From the NCBI GenBank assembly GCA_027484315.1, contig JAIXTE010000125.1:3683-67682 (forward strand): DNA of 64,000 nt, given 5' to 3'. Below are positions 37,917 through 46,863 of this stretch, in pieces (position 1 is the stretch's first letter; each line of letters begins with the position of its first letter). Position numbers and translations under genes: made by a program. The stretch comes from Burkholderiales bacterium. Lineage in GTDB: Bacteria; Pseudomonadota; Gammaproteobacteria; Burkholderiales; Burkholderiaceae_B. The notes below the pieces were generated by a model that did not search any database, was not told where the DNA came from, and was given only the letters and a program-made list of their open reading frames with translations.

Positions 37917-38615
37917 TCAAAGCGCATCCTTCGGCACGTACGCTATTTGTGCAATGCTCTTGTTCCAGTATGGCGGCCGCACTGGGCTCACCACCGGGAT
38001 ATATCCATCCTCCGGCTTGCTCAAGGCCCTCATTTTCCAGAACTCCGAAGCATCCTCGTCATGCACCACATTGATTCTGCTGAGCGAACCAAACCCTTTT
38101 GCGCGGTTTTTCCCAAGCCCATGCACGTGGGTTGACAGCATTTCCTGCACCCGATCAATGTCTCCGATCCCATACGCCAGGAACACCGGGCTGTGCAGCA
38201 CTTGCTCCTGCATCAAACCAGTTTTAAGTTCACCCCGGGCGGTCGAAATCTTTCTCATACGACTTTGGTTAATGACCACGCCCTTGCCGGTTTTGTCATC
38301 GTCGATTGCGATTCGACCCAAGGCATTTACGTCGGATGACCTCGTAAAGTATCGCGTGGAGTTACCCAACACTTCTTGAGGAAGAATCACGCTTGCGCAG
38401 TACACATCCCCTTCTTTTTGAAGGGGTAGGTTGCAATACATCTCCGCGTTCAAATCGGACGGATCGGGCGCTAGCAACAGTTTTCCCGATGTAAATTCCG
38501 CTTGTTTTTCCTGCAGCAGCGCCCATGAGATAAGTCCGTCCAAATGGGTTGGCATGTAGTCCATTTGAACGGGCGCGCACGCCAGGAATTCGACCCTGAA
38601 TGGCGTGTAACTCAT
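37917..38615 (-). CDS. csf3: Type IV CRISPR Cas5-like protein Csf3
   Basis: PTHLDGLISWA, YCAS, YGIGDIDRV..ML, GLGKNRAKGFG G-loop, RPPYW; adjacent to the array. Confidence 0.9.
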   Translation of the reverse strand: MSYTPFRVEFLACAPVQMDYMPTHLDGLISWALLQEKQAEFTSGKLLLAPDPSDLNAEMYCNLPLQKEGDVYCASVILPQEVLGNSTRYFTRSSDVNALGRIAIDDDKTGKGVVINQSRMRKISTARGELKTGLMQEQVLHSPVFLAYGIGDIDRVQEMLSTHVHGLGKNRAKGFGSLSRINVVHDEDASEFWKMRALSKPEDGYIPVVSPVRPPYWNKSIAQIAYVPKDAL

Positions 38616-39802
38616 GACTGCTCTACCTCTTGAGCAGTTTCCTTGCTTTTGCCCTTTGCAGCCTTCTTTTCTTCTTTTGCATCCGAGGCGGGCGCCTGAA
38701 CAGATGCCGTGTAGAAAGACTCAAAGTTCTCGTTGGTTACATTGGCGATCCATTCCAACGCTGCCTCGACTGCCTCGCGGGCCTCGGGGTGGCCCACTTC
38801 CAACTGGTCGACTCCCCCGGTTCTGACCAGATTAAAGAGGGGGGCGGCGGTCTCGTTGCCATGAAGGATCACATTGGAGGCAACATCCGTCAAATTCAGT
38901 TCTCCGTATCCAAGGTGAGACACTCCGCCGAACTCGTTAGTGTTGAAAACGCTTTTGAGGGAGAGCACCCAAATACCAAGCTGCTCCTTTGTCAAACGCT
39001 TTTTCAGCGCTGCCTTAAAATACATGGGAACGCCAGGGACAATGTATTCGCGTGCGGATTGCTGAGACATTGAGGCGCGTTCTGCAGCTTTCTCGTCTTC
39101 TTCCGGTTTTACGCCGGCGCGTTTGGCAGCAGCCTGGGCTTTTCGCACTGCTTCCTGTTTCATGTCGCCAAAGAGGCCGTCGTAGTCGGAAATGGTTGCA
39201 ACAATCTCCTCTCCAACGCCATCCATCAAATCATCACGGCGGTGGATCACATCAATCCCGGTAACTCGGTTGGCTGCCCGGGCCGTGTCTCCTGTTGAAA
39301 GCATGGCCATGTGGTCCACGAAATCAACGGGAACCATGCCAGCTTCGATCGTCGCCTGGGTGACTGGGATCATGTCGAACATTTTAAAACCGCTCTCATA
39401 CAGGCGCTTGCCACCGCCAAACAGCCCAATGTGGGGATCCTTGAGGTAGGCAGCATACTCGTCTACCAGCAAGCCAATCATCTCTGGTTTTGCGTCGGCT
39501 GCACCACAGCTAATGCCGCGGTATGTAATGCGCGAGATTTGTTGCTCGCGAGCGCGCAAAGACTGGGCAATCATGTCAACGGCTGCCCGGCGCATACGGC
39601 CAATCATTGAGTTGGCTGGGAAGAACGGCACTTCCATCCGGCCGCCGCCGGGAGTAAAGGCAACGGTTCGGTAAGTTCTGGACAAAGGAATACGAGCGTC
39701 TTCAGCGCCGATCTGGCCTTCAGCGTTAATCTTCGCGCTTGAGTCTACAGCGCTGGTGACGTGAATTTTTGTTGCGGTTCGAATAATGCCTTCTACAATC
39801 AT
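38612..39802 (-). CDS. csf2: Type IV CRISPR Cas7-like backbone protein Csf2
   Basis: VPFFPANSMIGRMRRAA, PHIGLFGGG, EYIVPG, FGGVSHLGYG. Confidence 0.92.
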   Translation of the reverse strand: MIVEGIIRTATKIHVTSAVDSSAKINAEGQIGAEDARIPLSRTYRTVAFTPGGGRMEVPFFPANSMIGRMRRAAVDMIAQSLRAREQQISRITYRGISCGAADAKPEMIGLLVDEYAAYLKDPHIGLFGGGKRLYESGFKMFDMIPVTQATIEAGMVPVDFVDHMAMLSTGDTARAANRVTGIDVIHRRDDLMDGVGEEIVATISDYDGLFGDMKQEAVRKAQAAAKRAGVKPEEDEKAAERASMSQQSAREYIVPGVPMYFKAALKKRLTKEQLGIWVLSLKSVFNTNEFGGVSHLGYGELNLTDVASNVILHGNETAAPLFNLVRTGGVDQLEVGHPEAREAVEAALEWIANVTNENFESFYTASVQAPASDAKEEKKAAKGKSKETAQEVEQS

Positions 39803-39867
39803 GGTGTTCTCCTTGGTGCTTGATTGTTTTTCTCAGTTTTACAGTATCAATTTCGGATGCTTCGTTT

Positions 39868-40830
39868 TTAGTCTGTCCCGTCAGCGTCGGCAGCAGGTGG
39901 CTTGCCTTCGATGATCGCCTTCATGTCGACCTCTCTGGGGGAGAGTTGCGCAACCATCGATTTGAAATCCTGGGTTTTCTTCAAATATGCAAGTTTTCTA
40001 AGGTGGGCGTATATCTGCCTGTCCCCGCTGCTGAATTGACGGATGACTTCACAAAGTGCGTCGATTCTCTCCAGAATGGCAGAGTCTGTAATTCCGTAAG
40101 ACTCGTGCCTGCAGTCGTTGAAGACGATGGCTGGAGCACACAGATTTACGTTCATTTGCATGAAGCGAACCAATTCCTTGAGTTGGCGAACCTTTTTCTT
40201 TGGGGCCTTCTTATCGGGTTTTGAGCTCAGGTAATCACGCACCTGCGCAAGGAGTTCCTGCTCTTTGGCTGCGACATTCAAAACACGTTGTGGATGGCAA
40301 AAGAGGGTGGTTTCCCCTGATGAGAAAAAAAGGAGGTCTTCTTTTCTCACATCATGAAGGTTGACCTTTCCTTTCCAGATCATGTGCTGCTTTTTTCGCT
40401 CCTTGCGCACCATGACGAACGGGGCATCGAGTGGGTTATAGACCGCAGCAATGAAGTCCTCGACACCGAATATCTTGAGCGCCTTCATCTCGCCGCCGGC
40501 TGCGTTGTCTCGCCCGACGGCCGCGTACGAAAATTGCATGGTCGAAGGGCCATAGCTAATCGCTACACGGCAGTGGCAGCAGAGATAGCCTTGATTTTTA
40601 CTGAATGACTTGAGCGACGGCGCGTCACCAAATGTATTGGTAATGAAGTCCGAGTCGTGACAGAGTTGCCCTGCTTTAATGGGTGTTGCGCAACTGATGC
40701 AATTGGAATCGTGAGTCACTTTGACGCCATGGGTATAAAACTCCCCAATCGGTAGTTCAGGGAACCTCTCAAAGAATTGAGCCAACACCGAGGTTGCTGT
40801 TGGGATGTTTTGGGGCGTCAAGTTATTCAT
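39868..40830 (-). CDS. csf1: Type IV CRISPR Cas8-like large subunit Csf1
   Basis: Zn finger CISC...CCHC, NTFGD, PFVMV...KQHMIWK; start MNNL overlaps the csf5 stop. Confidence 0.88.
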   Translation of the reverse strand: MNNLTPQNIPTATSVLAQFFERFPELPIGEFYTHGVKVTHDSNCISCATPIKAGQLCHDSDFITNTFGDAPSLKSFSKNQGYLCCHCRVAISYGPSTMQFSYAAVGRDNAAGGEMKALKIFGVEDFIAAVYNPLDAPFVMVRKERKKQHMIWKGKVNLHDVRKEDLLFFSSGETTLFCHPQRVLNVAAKEQELLAQVRDYLSSKPDKKAPKKKVRQLKELVRFMQMNVNLCAPAIVFNDCRHESYGITDSAILERIDALCEVIRQFSSGDRQIYAHLRKLAYLKKTQDFKSMVAQLSPREVDMKAIIEGKPPAADADGTD

Positions 40831-41659
40831 CAAAGTTGCCCTCGGCGTTATCGACACGTGGGCCACCACTCGGTGCTGCTGGGTCCAGGATTGCGCCAAA
40901 ACCCTTGCTTATCAGGGCGCCGGCAGCCCAGCATCCCTTTAGGTCAACATTGGTCAGGAATTTGACATCCTTAAGACGCAGTGCTCCGCCTGTTTTGGGT
41001 CCTGAACCACTTCGCACCCAATGGGTGCCCTTGTCGCCAATACTGGCAATCCGTACGTAGAAATTGTCCGGAACTTCAAGTCCAAGGATCTTTGCCTGGC
41101 GACGAATATCCTGAGAAATAATCCGTTCGCAATACTTTTCCACCGACAGGAATTCGAATGTGGGGTTTTTTAGCGCCAGGCTGGGGATGAACCACATTTT
41201 TGGAATCAAGCGTGGACGCAGGTCTACCGTGTAACTCAGAACCTTGATTTCCTTATTTCCGATCGCCTGTTCGACTGAGTCGATGATCAGGGGGATGTTC
41301 TTGCTGGCAAATTCGATCATCTCCGGCCCAACAAAATGAATGCCCACGAAAGACTTGGTATGGAAAAAACGGATCGTGGGCATTGCATCGTCGTCTACGC
41401 GTGATTCGTCCTTAAGGGACTCCTCAGAGCGGGGGCCTCGCTTTCTTGCCGAATTGTCTACGCGCTTTCGCTTTTCTGAGGTTTCTTCACCGTTACTTTC
41501 GACCGTCCGAGTATGGCCACAACGAATGGTCTCTCCGCTCTCGTCATGCCAAAAAAGCAACCTTGGAAGTTCCATTCCGTTCACCGCGCGCAGGCGTTTA
41601 CGAAAATCTCCGGCAGTCATGTGGGCTGAAACCCGCCATTTTATTGTGATCTGATTCAT
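40823..41659 (-). CDS. csf5: Type IV CRISPR Cas6-like crRNA endonuclease Csf5
   Basis: DFRKRL...LPRLLF...PTIRF, IISQDIRRQAKILGL, C-terminal WAAGALISKGFGAI G-loop; first gene of the csf operon. Confidence 0.85.
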   Translation of the reverse strand: MNQITIKWRVSAHMTAGDFRKRLRAVNGMELPRLLFWHDESGETIRCGHTRTVESNGEETSEKRKRVDNSARKRGPRSEESLKDESRVDDDAMPTIRFFHTKSFVGIHFVGPEMIEFASKNIPLIIDSVEQAIGNKEIKVLSYTVDLRPRLIPKMWFIPSLALKNPTFEFLSVEKYCERIISQDIRRQAKILGLEVPDNFYVRIASIGDKGTHWVRSGSGPKTGGALRLKDVKFLTNVDLKGCWAAGALISKGFGAILDPAAPSGGPRVDNAEGNFDE

Positions 41660-41745
41660 TGATCTTCTCTTGCAAAAATGTTTACAATTCTTTATATATT
41701 TACGTTATCCTATACTCATAGAAAAATATTGTCTACAAAGGACGT

Positions 41746-44553
41746 ATGGTTTTGAAAAAAATATTTTCGGTACACCTCAGTAAGCGTGCGTTTGACCATC
41801 TGGTTGGATCCCTTGGGCTTCAGTCGGAGGTTCACCTCAGTCGCTATTGCACCGCCGCGCTGAAAGACCTGCTTGATTGCGGGGACGCCACGGAGTGCGC
41901 CAAGGAAATAGCCAATTTCGATCTGTCTTGGTCAGAACCTTTGGAAAGCCCGCGAATTGTGGTATCGAGCAGCAAGTGCGAAAGAGAGGCGATCAATCTC
42001 GCCGCTGAAGCACTTTCTGTAAGTCCTAACCAGGTTTGCAGCATTCTGATCAATTGGTCGGTGGAGAATTCAATAGGGGCGATCGCAATAGCCAGTAGTC
42101 GGCTTCCGGGCCTAAGCAAGGAAATCTCCGTATCCTTGAATCACGTGCAGCAGCAGGCGCTTTCCTGGGCGATCAGTCATGGATGGGGCAAAAAAGAGAA
42201 CCAGAAGCACAAGGTTTACTATGCAGAGCTTGGGACGGGGTCCGGGAAGACACTGCTGGCACTGTCGATTGCAAGGATTGAAGCGAAAGAGGGTAAGCGA
42301 ACCTGGATTTCGGTTCCTTCGTTGGCTATCCAAAAGCAGTTCATGAATGAATACGTCGAGCGATTTGGCAAAAACACCGGGGTGTTGATGGCTCTCGTCT
42401 CTGGACGCCGTGAATTCGTATCCGAGTCACGATTAAATTTTCTTATTCAAGACGAACTCTCGGGTAAGTCTTCGGCCGGGAAGGGATCGGCAAAGGCGTC
42501 CTTGCAATCCAGCCAGGTAGAGCCTGATTACTCAGACTGGGTCGCACGTGCCAATCATTGGCTTGACCGGCTTGCAGACAAACCACACGGTGCGGACCGC
42601 CGGCGTTGGTTGATGGGTTCGTTTCTTGAACATGTACCGGATTTTCCGTACACGGATGCGGACATCTGCATCACCACGGAATGCCCCTCAGATGATTCTG
42701 GCGTTCTTTCTTATGAAGACCAGTTTAACCTTGCGGACAGGGCCGACATTGTCGTGATGTCGCACCATTACCTGGCCTTGGAGACTATGGCACGTGTTCG
42801 TGCCGGCATTATTGGGTTATCCAAGGATGACTCGGCAAAAAACCTTGTGCAGGCGCTCTACAATGAATCCAGAGTAGGTCATGGTCCGGGCCAAAGGCTT
42901 ACCCATGCAGAGGTTCTTGCTCTCATTGACCAGAAGAACGAGATTTGCTCCTCGCTTTTCAATGTGAATGACGTTGGACGACTTGTTCTGCCCAGTCACC
43001 TCCTGGTGGATGAGGCTCACATGCTTGAGGAGAACTTCTCGTCCGCAAACACTTTGAAAATCTCTATTCGGCGCTTACCGTCTCTTTTTGCAAGGGTTAT
43101 GGGTGCGAAGGGGATCAAGCCGTCTGAAGGATCGCCGACGGCCGCTAAAATTCATGATCAGTTGCACTCCGTGTGCAACAGGATGTCTTCCGTTCAAGTA
43201 TCGAGTCCCGGAGTCAAGGTGTTTCTGAATTTCGGGAACCCGCCAGTCAGGGACAGGCAAGTGGTGGGGTGTGCTGAAGATCTGGCCACGATCATGACCT
43301 CTTTTTCTGTCAGCGGCTCGGGGGATGATGCAATGTCGCTTCGCCGTGTGCAATACGCTTTCAAACGTATGCTTTCTGCTGCCCGGTATAACCTATCGCT
43401 CTTCTCAAACTCGCCGATTCGTCAGTACCCGCAGATCCTATTTGGAAGCGCCAACCACGCATCCGATTTTCGTTTGCTGTTCAAATCCATTGGTATTGAG
43501 TCCACTTTGTTGTTATCGGCGACGATCTTCCTCCCAAGCATTGGAGGTGCCTGGTCTTCCACCAGGTTCCTGTCCAATCTGGGACTTCGAGCAGAAGAGG
43601 CTTGTGGTCTAAGGGCCGACGCTCAGGATTGGCTGACAAATCCCGTTTCCCTTTATCTTGCGCCCAAGCCCAGCGACGTTAGCCGTGACTTCGGAGCCGG
43701 CCACTCGGTTTTGTTGCCAAGTAATGATGCCAAGGAATCCCAGGTCTGGATCAAGCAACTGGCCATCTTTTGTAGTTGGTCAGTATCTACGGCGGCGGGA
43801 GGTACCCTGATCTTGATGACATCCTATGAGTCGGCGTCAAACCTTCACAAACAACTCCTGAGCAATGACTCGGCGCTCTCAGAGAGGCTGCTGTTGTCAG
43901 CGCCTAAAATTGGACAACGCCCTGCGGAATTGGCCAAGGAATTTCTCGAAAAATCCCGGCTTGGGATAAAACCAGTCTGGATCGCCGTCGGCGCGGTGTG
44001 GACAGGACTGGATCTCTCGGACCGTGAGCTGGACCCCGCTGATGACAACACGCTTACAGATCTGATCATTCCAAGGACACCTTATTCGCTGAATCAGACA
44101 ATCTCTGCGGCAGCCAAAGGACTTACCGCGGCTCGACATATTCAGACACTGGAAGAGGCTGGCGGGATGCTCAAGCAGGGTATCGGCCGGCTCGTTCGGC
44201 GTCAGGGTGTTCCGGCTAATCGCCGGCTCTTCTTTCTAGATTCCCGAATCTACGAGAAGGGAAAAAAGGCGCTACTGAACATGTCGACCGCTCTTCTGCG
44301 ACCGTATGGAGAACCGGTGCCAATCCCAAGGCAGGTCATGAAAGACATGCTGGCCATCTCAGGCCCGGCCGCATCGAGAGTCCGTTCTCAAGGAGCAAAG
44401 CCGTCGGGATTGTCAGGCAAAGCAAAATTGCTCGAAACCGGTGCAGTAAAGATCAGGACGCAGACCGGTGAGCTAACGAATGATAACGGCACGCCTGCGG
44501 CAGCATCCAAGAAGGGTTTCGGGAACAAAAAGAAGGACGTGGACGCCATCTAA
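41746..44553 (+). CDS. csf4: CasDinG (Csf4) SF2 helicase of type IV-A, with an N-terminal extension
   Basis: AELGTGSGKT, VDEAH, LLSATI, GGTLILMTSY, WTGLDL, QGIGRLVR; divergent from the csf operon across 86 bp. Confidence 0.9.
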   Translation: MVLKKIFSVHLSKRAFDHLVGSLGLQSEVHLSRYCTAALKDLLDCGDATECAKEIANFDLSWSEPLESPRIVVSSSKCEREAINLAAEALSVSPNQVCSILINWSVENSIGAIAIASSRLPGLSKEISVSLNHVQQQALSWAISHGWGKKENQKHKVYYAELGTGSGKTLLALSIARIEAKEGKRTWISVPSLAIQKQFMNEYVERFGKNTGVLMALVSGRREFVSESRLNFLIQDELSGKSSAGKGSAKASLQSSQVEPDYSDWVARANHWLDRLADKPHGADRRRWLMGSFLEHVPDFPYTDADICITTECPSDDSGVLSYEDQFNLADRADIVVMSHHYLALETMARVRAGIIGLSKDDSAKNLVQALYNESRVGHGPGQRLTHAEVLALIDQKNEICSSLFNVNDVGRLVLPSHLLVDEAHMLEENFSSANTLKISIRRLPSLFARVMGAKGIKPSEGSPTAAKIHDQLHSVCNRMSSVQVSSPGVKVFLNFGNPPVRDRQVVGCAEDLATIMTSFSVSGSGDDAMSLRRVQYAFKRMLSAARYNLSLFSNSPIRQYPQILFGSANHASDFRLLFKSIGIESTLLLSATIFLPSIGGAWSSTRFLSNLGLRAEEACGLRADAQDWLTNPVSLYLAPKPSDVSRDFGAGHSVLLPSNDAKESQVWIKQLAIFCSWSVSTAAGGTLILMTSYESASNLHKQLLSNDSALSERLLLSAPKIGQRPAELAKEFLEKSRLGIKPVWIAVGAVWTGLDLSDRELDPADDNTLTDLIIPRTPYSLNQTISAAAKGLTAARHIQTLEEAGGMLKQGIGRLVRRQGVPANRRLFFLDSRIYEKGKKALLNMSTALLRPYGEPVPIPRQVMKDMLAISGPAASRVRSQGAKPSGLSGKAKLLETGAVKIRTQTGELTNDNGTPAAASKKGFGNKKKDVDAI

Positions 44554-44647
44554 TGCTCTGCTTTTTGTAGCCCCGAAAAAATCGACTCGGAGCGTTTCAG
44601 GTGGTGTAATGGAGGCTGTATAACGCAAACCAGCTTCCGATTCGTCC

Positions 44648-45247
44648 ATGGATTTTAGAACTACTCGCTCATTGTCATCCGAAGCCTTTGGGACACCCAA
44701 ATTGCTTCAGGTGGGGACCCGGAATTTTCGAGAGTGGTTCGGGCAAAGCAAAGTGGTAGATCAGAGTGGTTCTCCACTGCGGGTGTACCACGGGACTCAA
44801 TTTGTGTTTGACTCCTTTTCAGAGGAGATGCAGGGATCGACCGTTTGCTCTGAGGACATAGGTTTTTTCTTTACCAATGACACAGCGGAAGCCAATGCAT
44901 ATGCCACGTGGGACTGGGATCGCGACATTGACGATATTCGGCCAAATATCATCCCTGTTTACCTGTCTGCGCAGAACCCCTTGCTAGTCAATATTTCAAA
45001 CCCAAATCACCTGGCAGAGCAGCCGGGCGTTTGGTACGATCGCTATGGCCCAAACATGGCTCGCTATGCATTGATCTGCGGACACGATAGCCTGATCATT
45101 AGTGATTTCGAGTGTGGCGAACGAAATCCCGAGCGATATTTCTCTGGCAAAAAGACCCTGTATGTGGTCTTTCAGCCCTCTCAAATAAAATCTGCGCTGG
45201 GCAATTCTGGTCGGTTTGACCCCCGAGATTGTCGAATCGACCAATGA
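44648..45247 (+). CDS. ART-PolyVal-like ADP-ribosyltransferase
   Basis: FREWFGQSKVVDQSGSPLRVYHGT...GFFFTND..EANAYA...PVYLSAQNPL...GHDSLII...YVVFQPSQIKSALGNSGRFDP. Confidence 0.75.
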   Translation: MDFRTTRSLSSEAFGTPKLLQVGTRNFREWFGQSKVVDQSGSPLRVYHGTQFVFDSFSEEMQGSTVCSEDIGFFFTNDTAEANAYATWDWDRDIDDIRPNIIPVYLSAQNPLLVNISNPNHLAEQPGVWYDRYGPNMARYALICGHDSLIISDFECGERNPERYFSGKKTLYVVFQPSQIKSALGNSGRFDPRDCRIDQ

Positions 45248-45256
45248 GGCCAAAAT

Positions 45257-45601
45257 ATGGATTTCAGATCATCTAAACAAAATTCGATAGGTGCAATGAG
45301 AAGCGCCAGCATCAGCCCGGTAGTGCAAATCGATGAAAATCTGACTGATCAGCAATTGCTTGACCGGCTTCCAAAAGAAAGGGCAATTCGATACGCAACA
45401 GGGTTTCTCCCTGTCGAGATGTCGTTTAGGAGCTCGGAGATCCAACGATTGGAGATCAGTGGTTCCCCTTTCGACTCTGCCAAAATCCAGGAGCATAAAA
45501 ACGAGCTTCAACGATATCGCTTTGCGATGTCATACATACAGTCGAAATACCCAGAGTCGTTTCCAGAAAACGATGGGCCAGGCGAGATTAAAAACAGGTG
45601 A
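45257..45601 (+). CDS. Hypothetical protein starting MDFRSSK
   Basis: GAGG RBS, 9 bp after the ART gene. Confidence 0.6.
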   Translation: MDFRSSKQNSIGAMRSASISPVVQIDENLTDQQLLDRLPKERAIRYATGFLPVEMSFRSSEIQRLEISGSPFDSAKIQEHKNELQRYRFAMSYIQSKYPESFPENDGPGEIKNR

Positions 45602-45819
45602 GCAGAATGGAAAGGAACGAAACCCCGGATTCAGCGGTGTGTCATGTCAATCATGCAAAAAGACCCCTCTTAACCAATGAGCAGATCGCCAAGATCAAAC
45701 GAGGTCAAGATCAAGGGGTGGCCGGGCAGGTGATGCCAGGGTCCGAGATTGAGAAGCGGATGCATCTAAAAAAAGAGGCCCTTAAGAGAAAGAGCCTGCT
45801 GAAGTAGGCCCATGTCAAA

Positions 45820-46383
45820 TCAGGATGCGGCTTTTTTGTTTCCCATGGACGAGACGATTTTTGTCTTCAGAGCCTCCCAGTTGCTTAACTCCGTGGCTGT
45901 AAAAGCCGCTCCGTTTTGGTGGATAATTGAATCGATGGTTTCGATATGCGCAATGTTGCGTTCTTTTCTATTGAAATCCCGTTGAGGTGCGGGGCCACCG
46001 TCTCCGAGTTTCGACTCCACAAATGAGCCGGGTGCCTTCAGAATGTTGGCCAAGGCGATCTTCAGCATTGCCTTGGTGTGCTCGATTCCCTGTTCTTTGA
46101 CGAAGGCGCTATCGAGCATGAATCTTTGAATGCCCACCCTGAATCCGACAGAGTCGTCTTCAACGAACACCTCAATCCTGGGATTTGTGGCGCTCGGCAA
46201 TGAGCCCCGACTGCCTGCAAAGACTGCTAGCTCGCGTTCAAGGGCCTCTATCGCGCTTTGAATGATTTTAAGAGTCAGTGCTGACAATGAGTGACACTGA
46301 ACTCCTCCAAGTTTTACCTCCTTGGCGTCCCCGGTAATCAGTACCCGCAGTGATTCTATTGCTAATCGAATGGCATTTTGCAT
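45820..46383 (-). CDS. Hypothetical protein
   Basis: 187-aa ORF. Confidence 0.55.
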   Translation of the reverse strand: MQNAIRLAIESLRVLITGDAKEVKLGGVQCHSLSALTLKIIQSAIEALERELAVFAGSRGSLPSATNPRIEVFVEDDSVGFRVGIQRFMLDSAFVKEQGIEHTKAMLKIALANILKAPGSFVESKLGDGGPAPQRDFNRKERNIAHIETIDSIIHQNGAAFTATELSNWEALKTKIVSSMGNKKAAS

Positions 46384-46402
46384 GGAGCACCCGTCGTAAT
46401 TT

Positions 46403-46714
46403 TTATTGATTTTGTTCGTCTTTCTCTAGGCGAGCGATTTCATTTCCAGTCCGGGTATCGTAGGCATATGCTTCATGAACCCTTGAACTGTCATCAATCA
46501 CACAGTGAAAGCTCACGATAAATGAGTCACTTTGATCATCCCCTTCAGACAAGTCCTTCCCGAATGCAGTTCCGCGCAAATGGCACAATTTTTCACATTC
46601 GGATTCAATAGAGATGTCCCTGAGTTTGTCAACTATCTCTACTTCATAAAACTCAATTTCACCAAATGCTTGCTCGACTATCTCAATCTGTTTATCTGTT
46701 GCGTCATCTGACAT
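46403..46714 (-). CDS. Small acidic hypothetical protein
   Basis: 103 aa, D/E-rich, AGGA RBS. Confidence 0.55.
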   Translation of the reverse strand: MSDDATDKQIEIVEQAFGEIEFYEVEIVDKLRDISIESECEKLCHLRGTAFGKDLSEGDDQSDSFIVSFHCVIDDSSRVHEAYAYDTRTGNEIARLEKDEQNQ

Positions 46715-46863
46715 CGGGTCATTTCCTATATGGACTCAAATAATGATACCAGATTATAATACAAGAATCCATCAATATTGGATTCTTGGCCTTCTGCTTT
46801 TAACTTGCCTGATATTTTGCTGGTTACCAGACATTGAGAGACAATGATGTTCAACTGACTTGG

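Noticed and set aside
40831-40899. Longer csf1 start given by the ORF track
   Set aside because: It would overlap csf5 by 77 bp; the ATG at 40830 overlapping the csf5 stop is the more typical coupled start.
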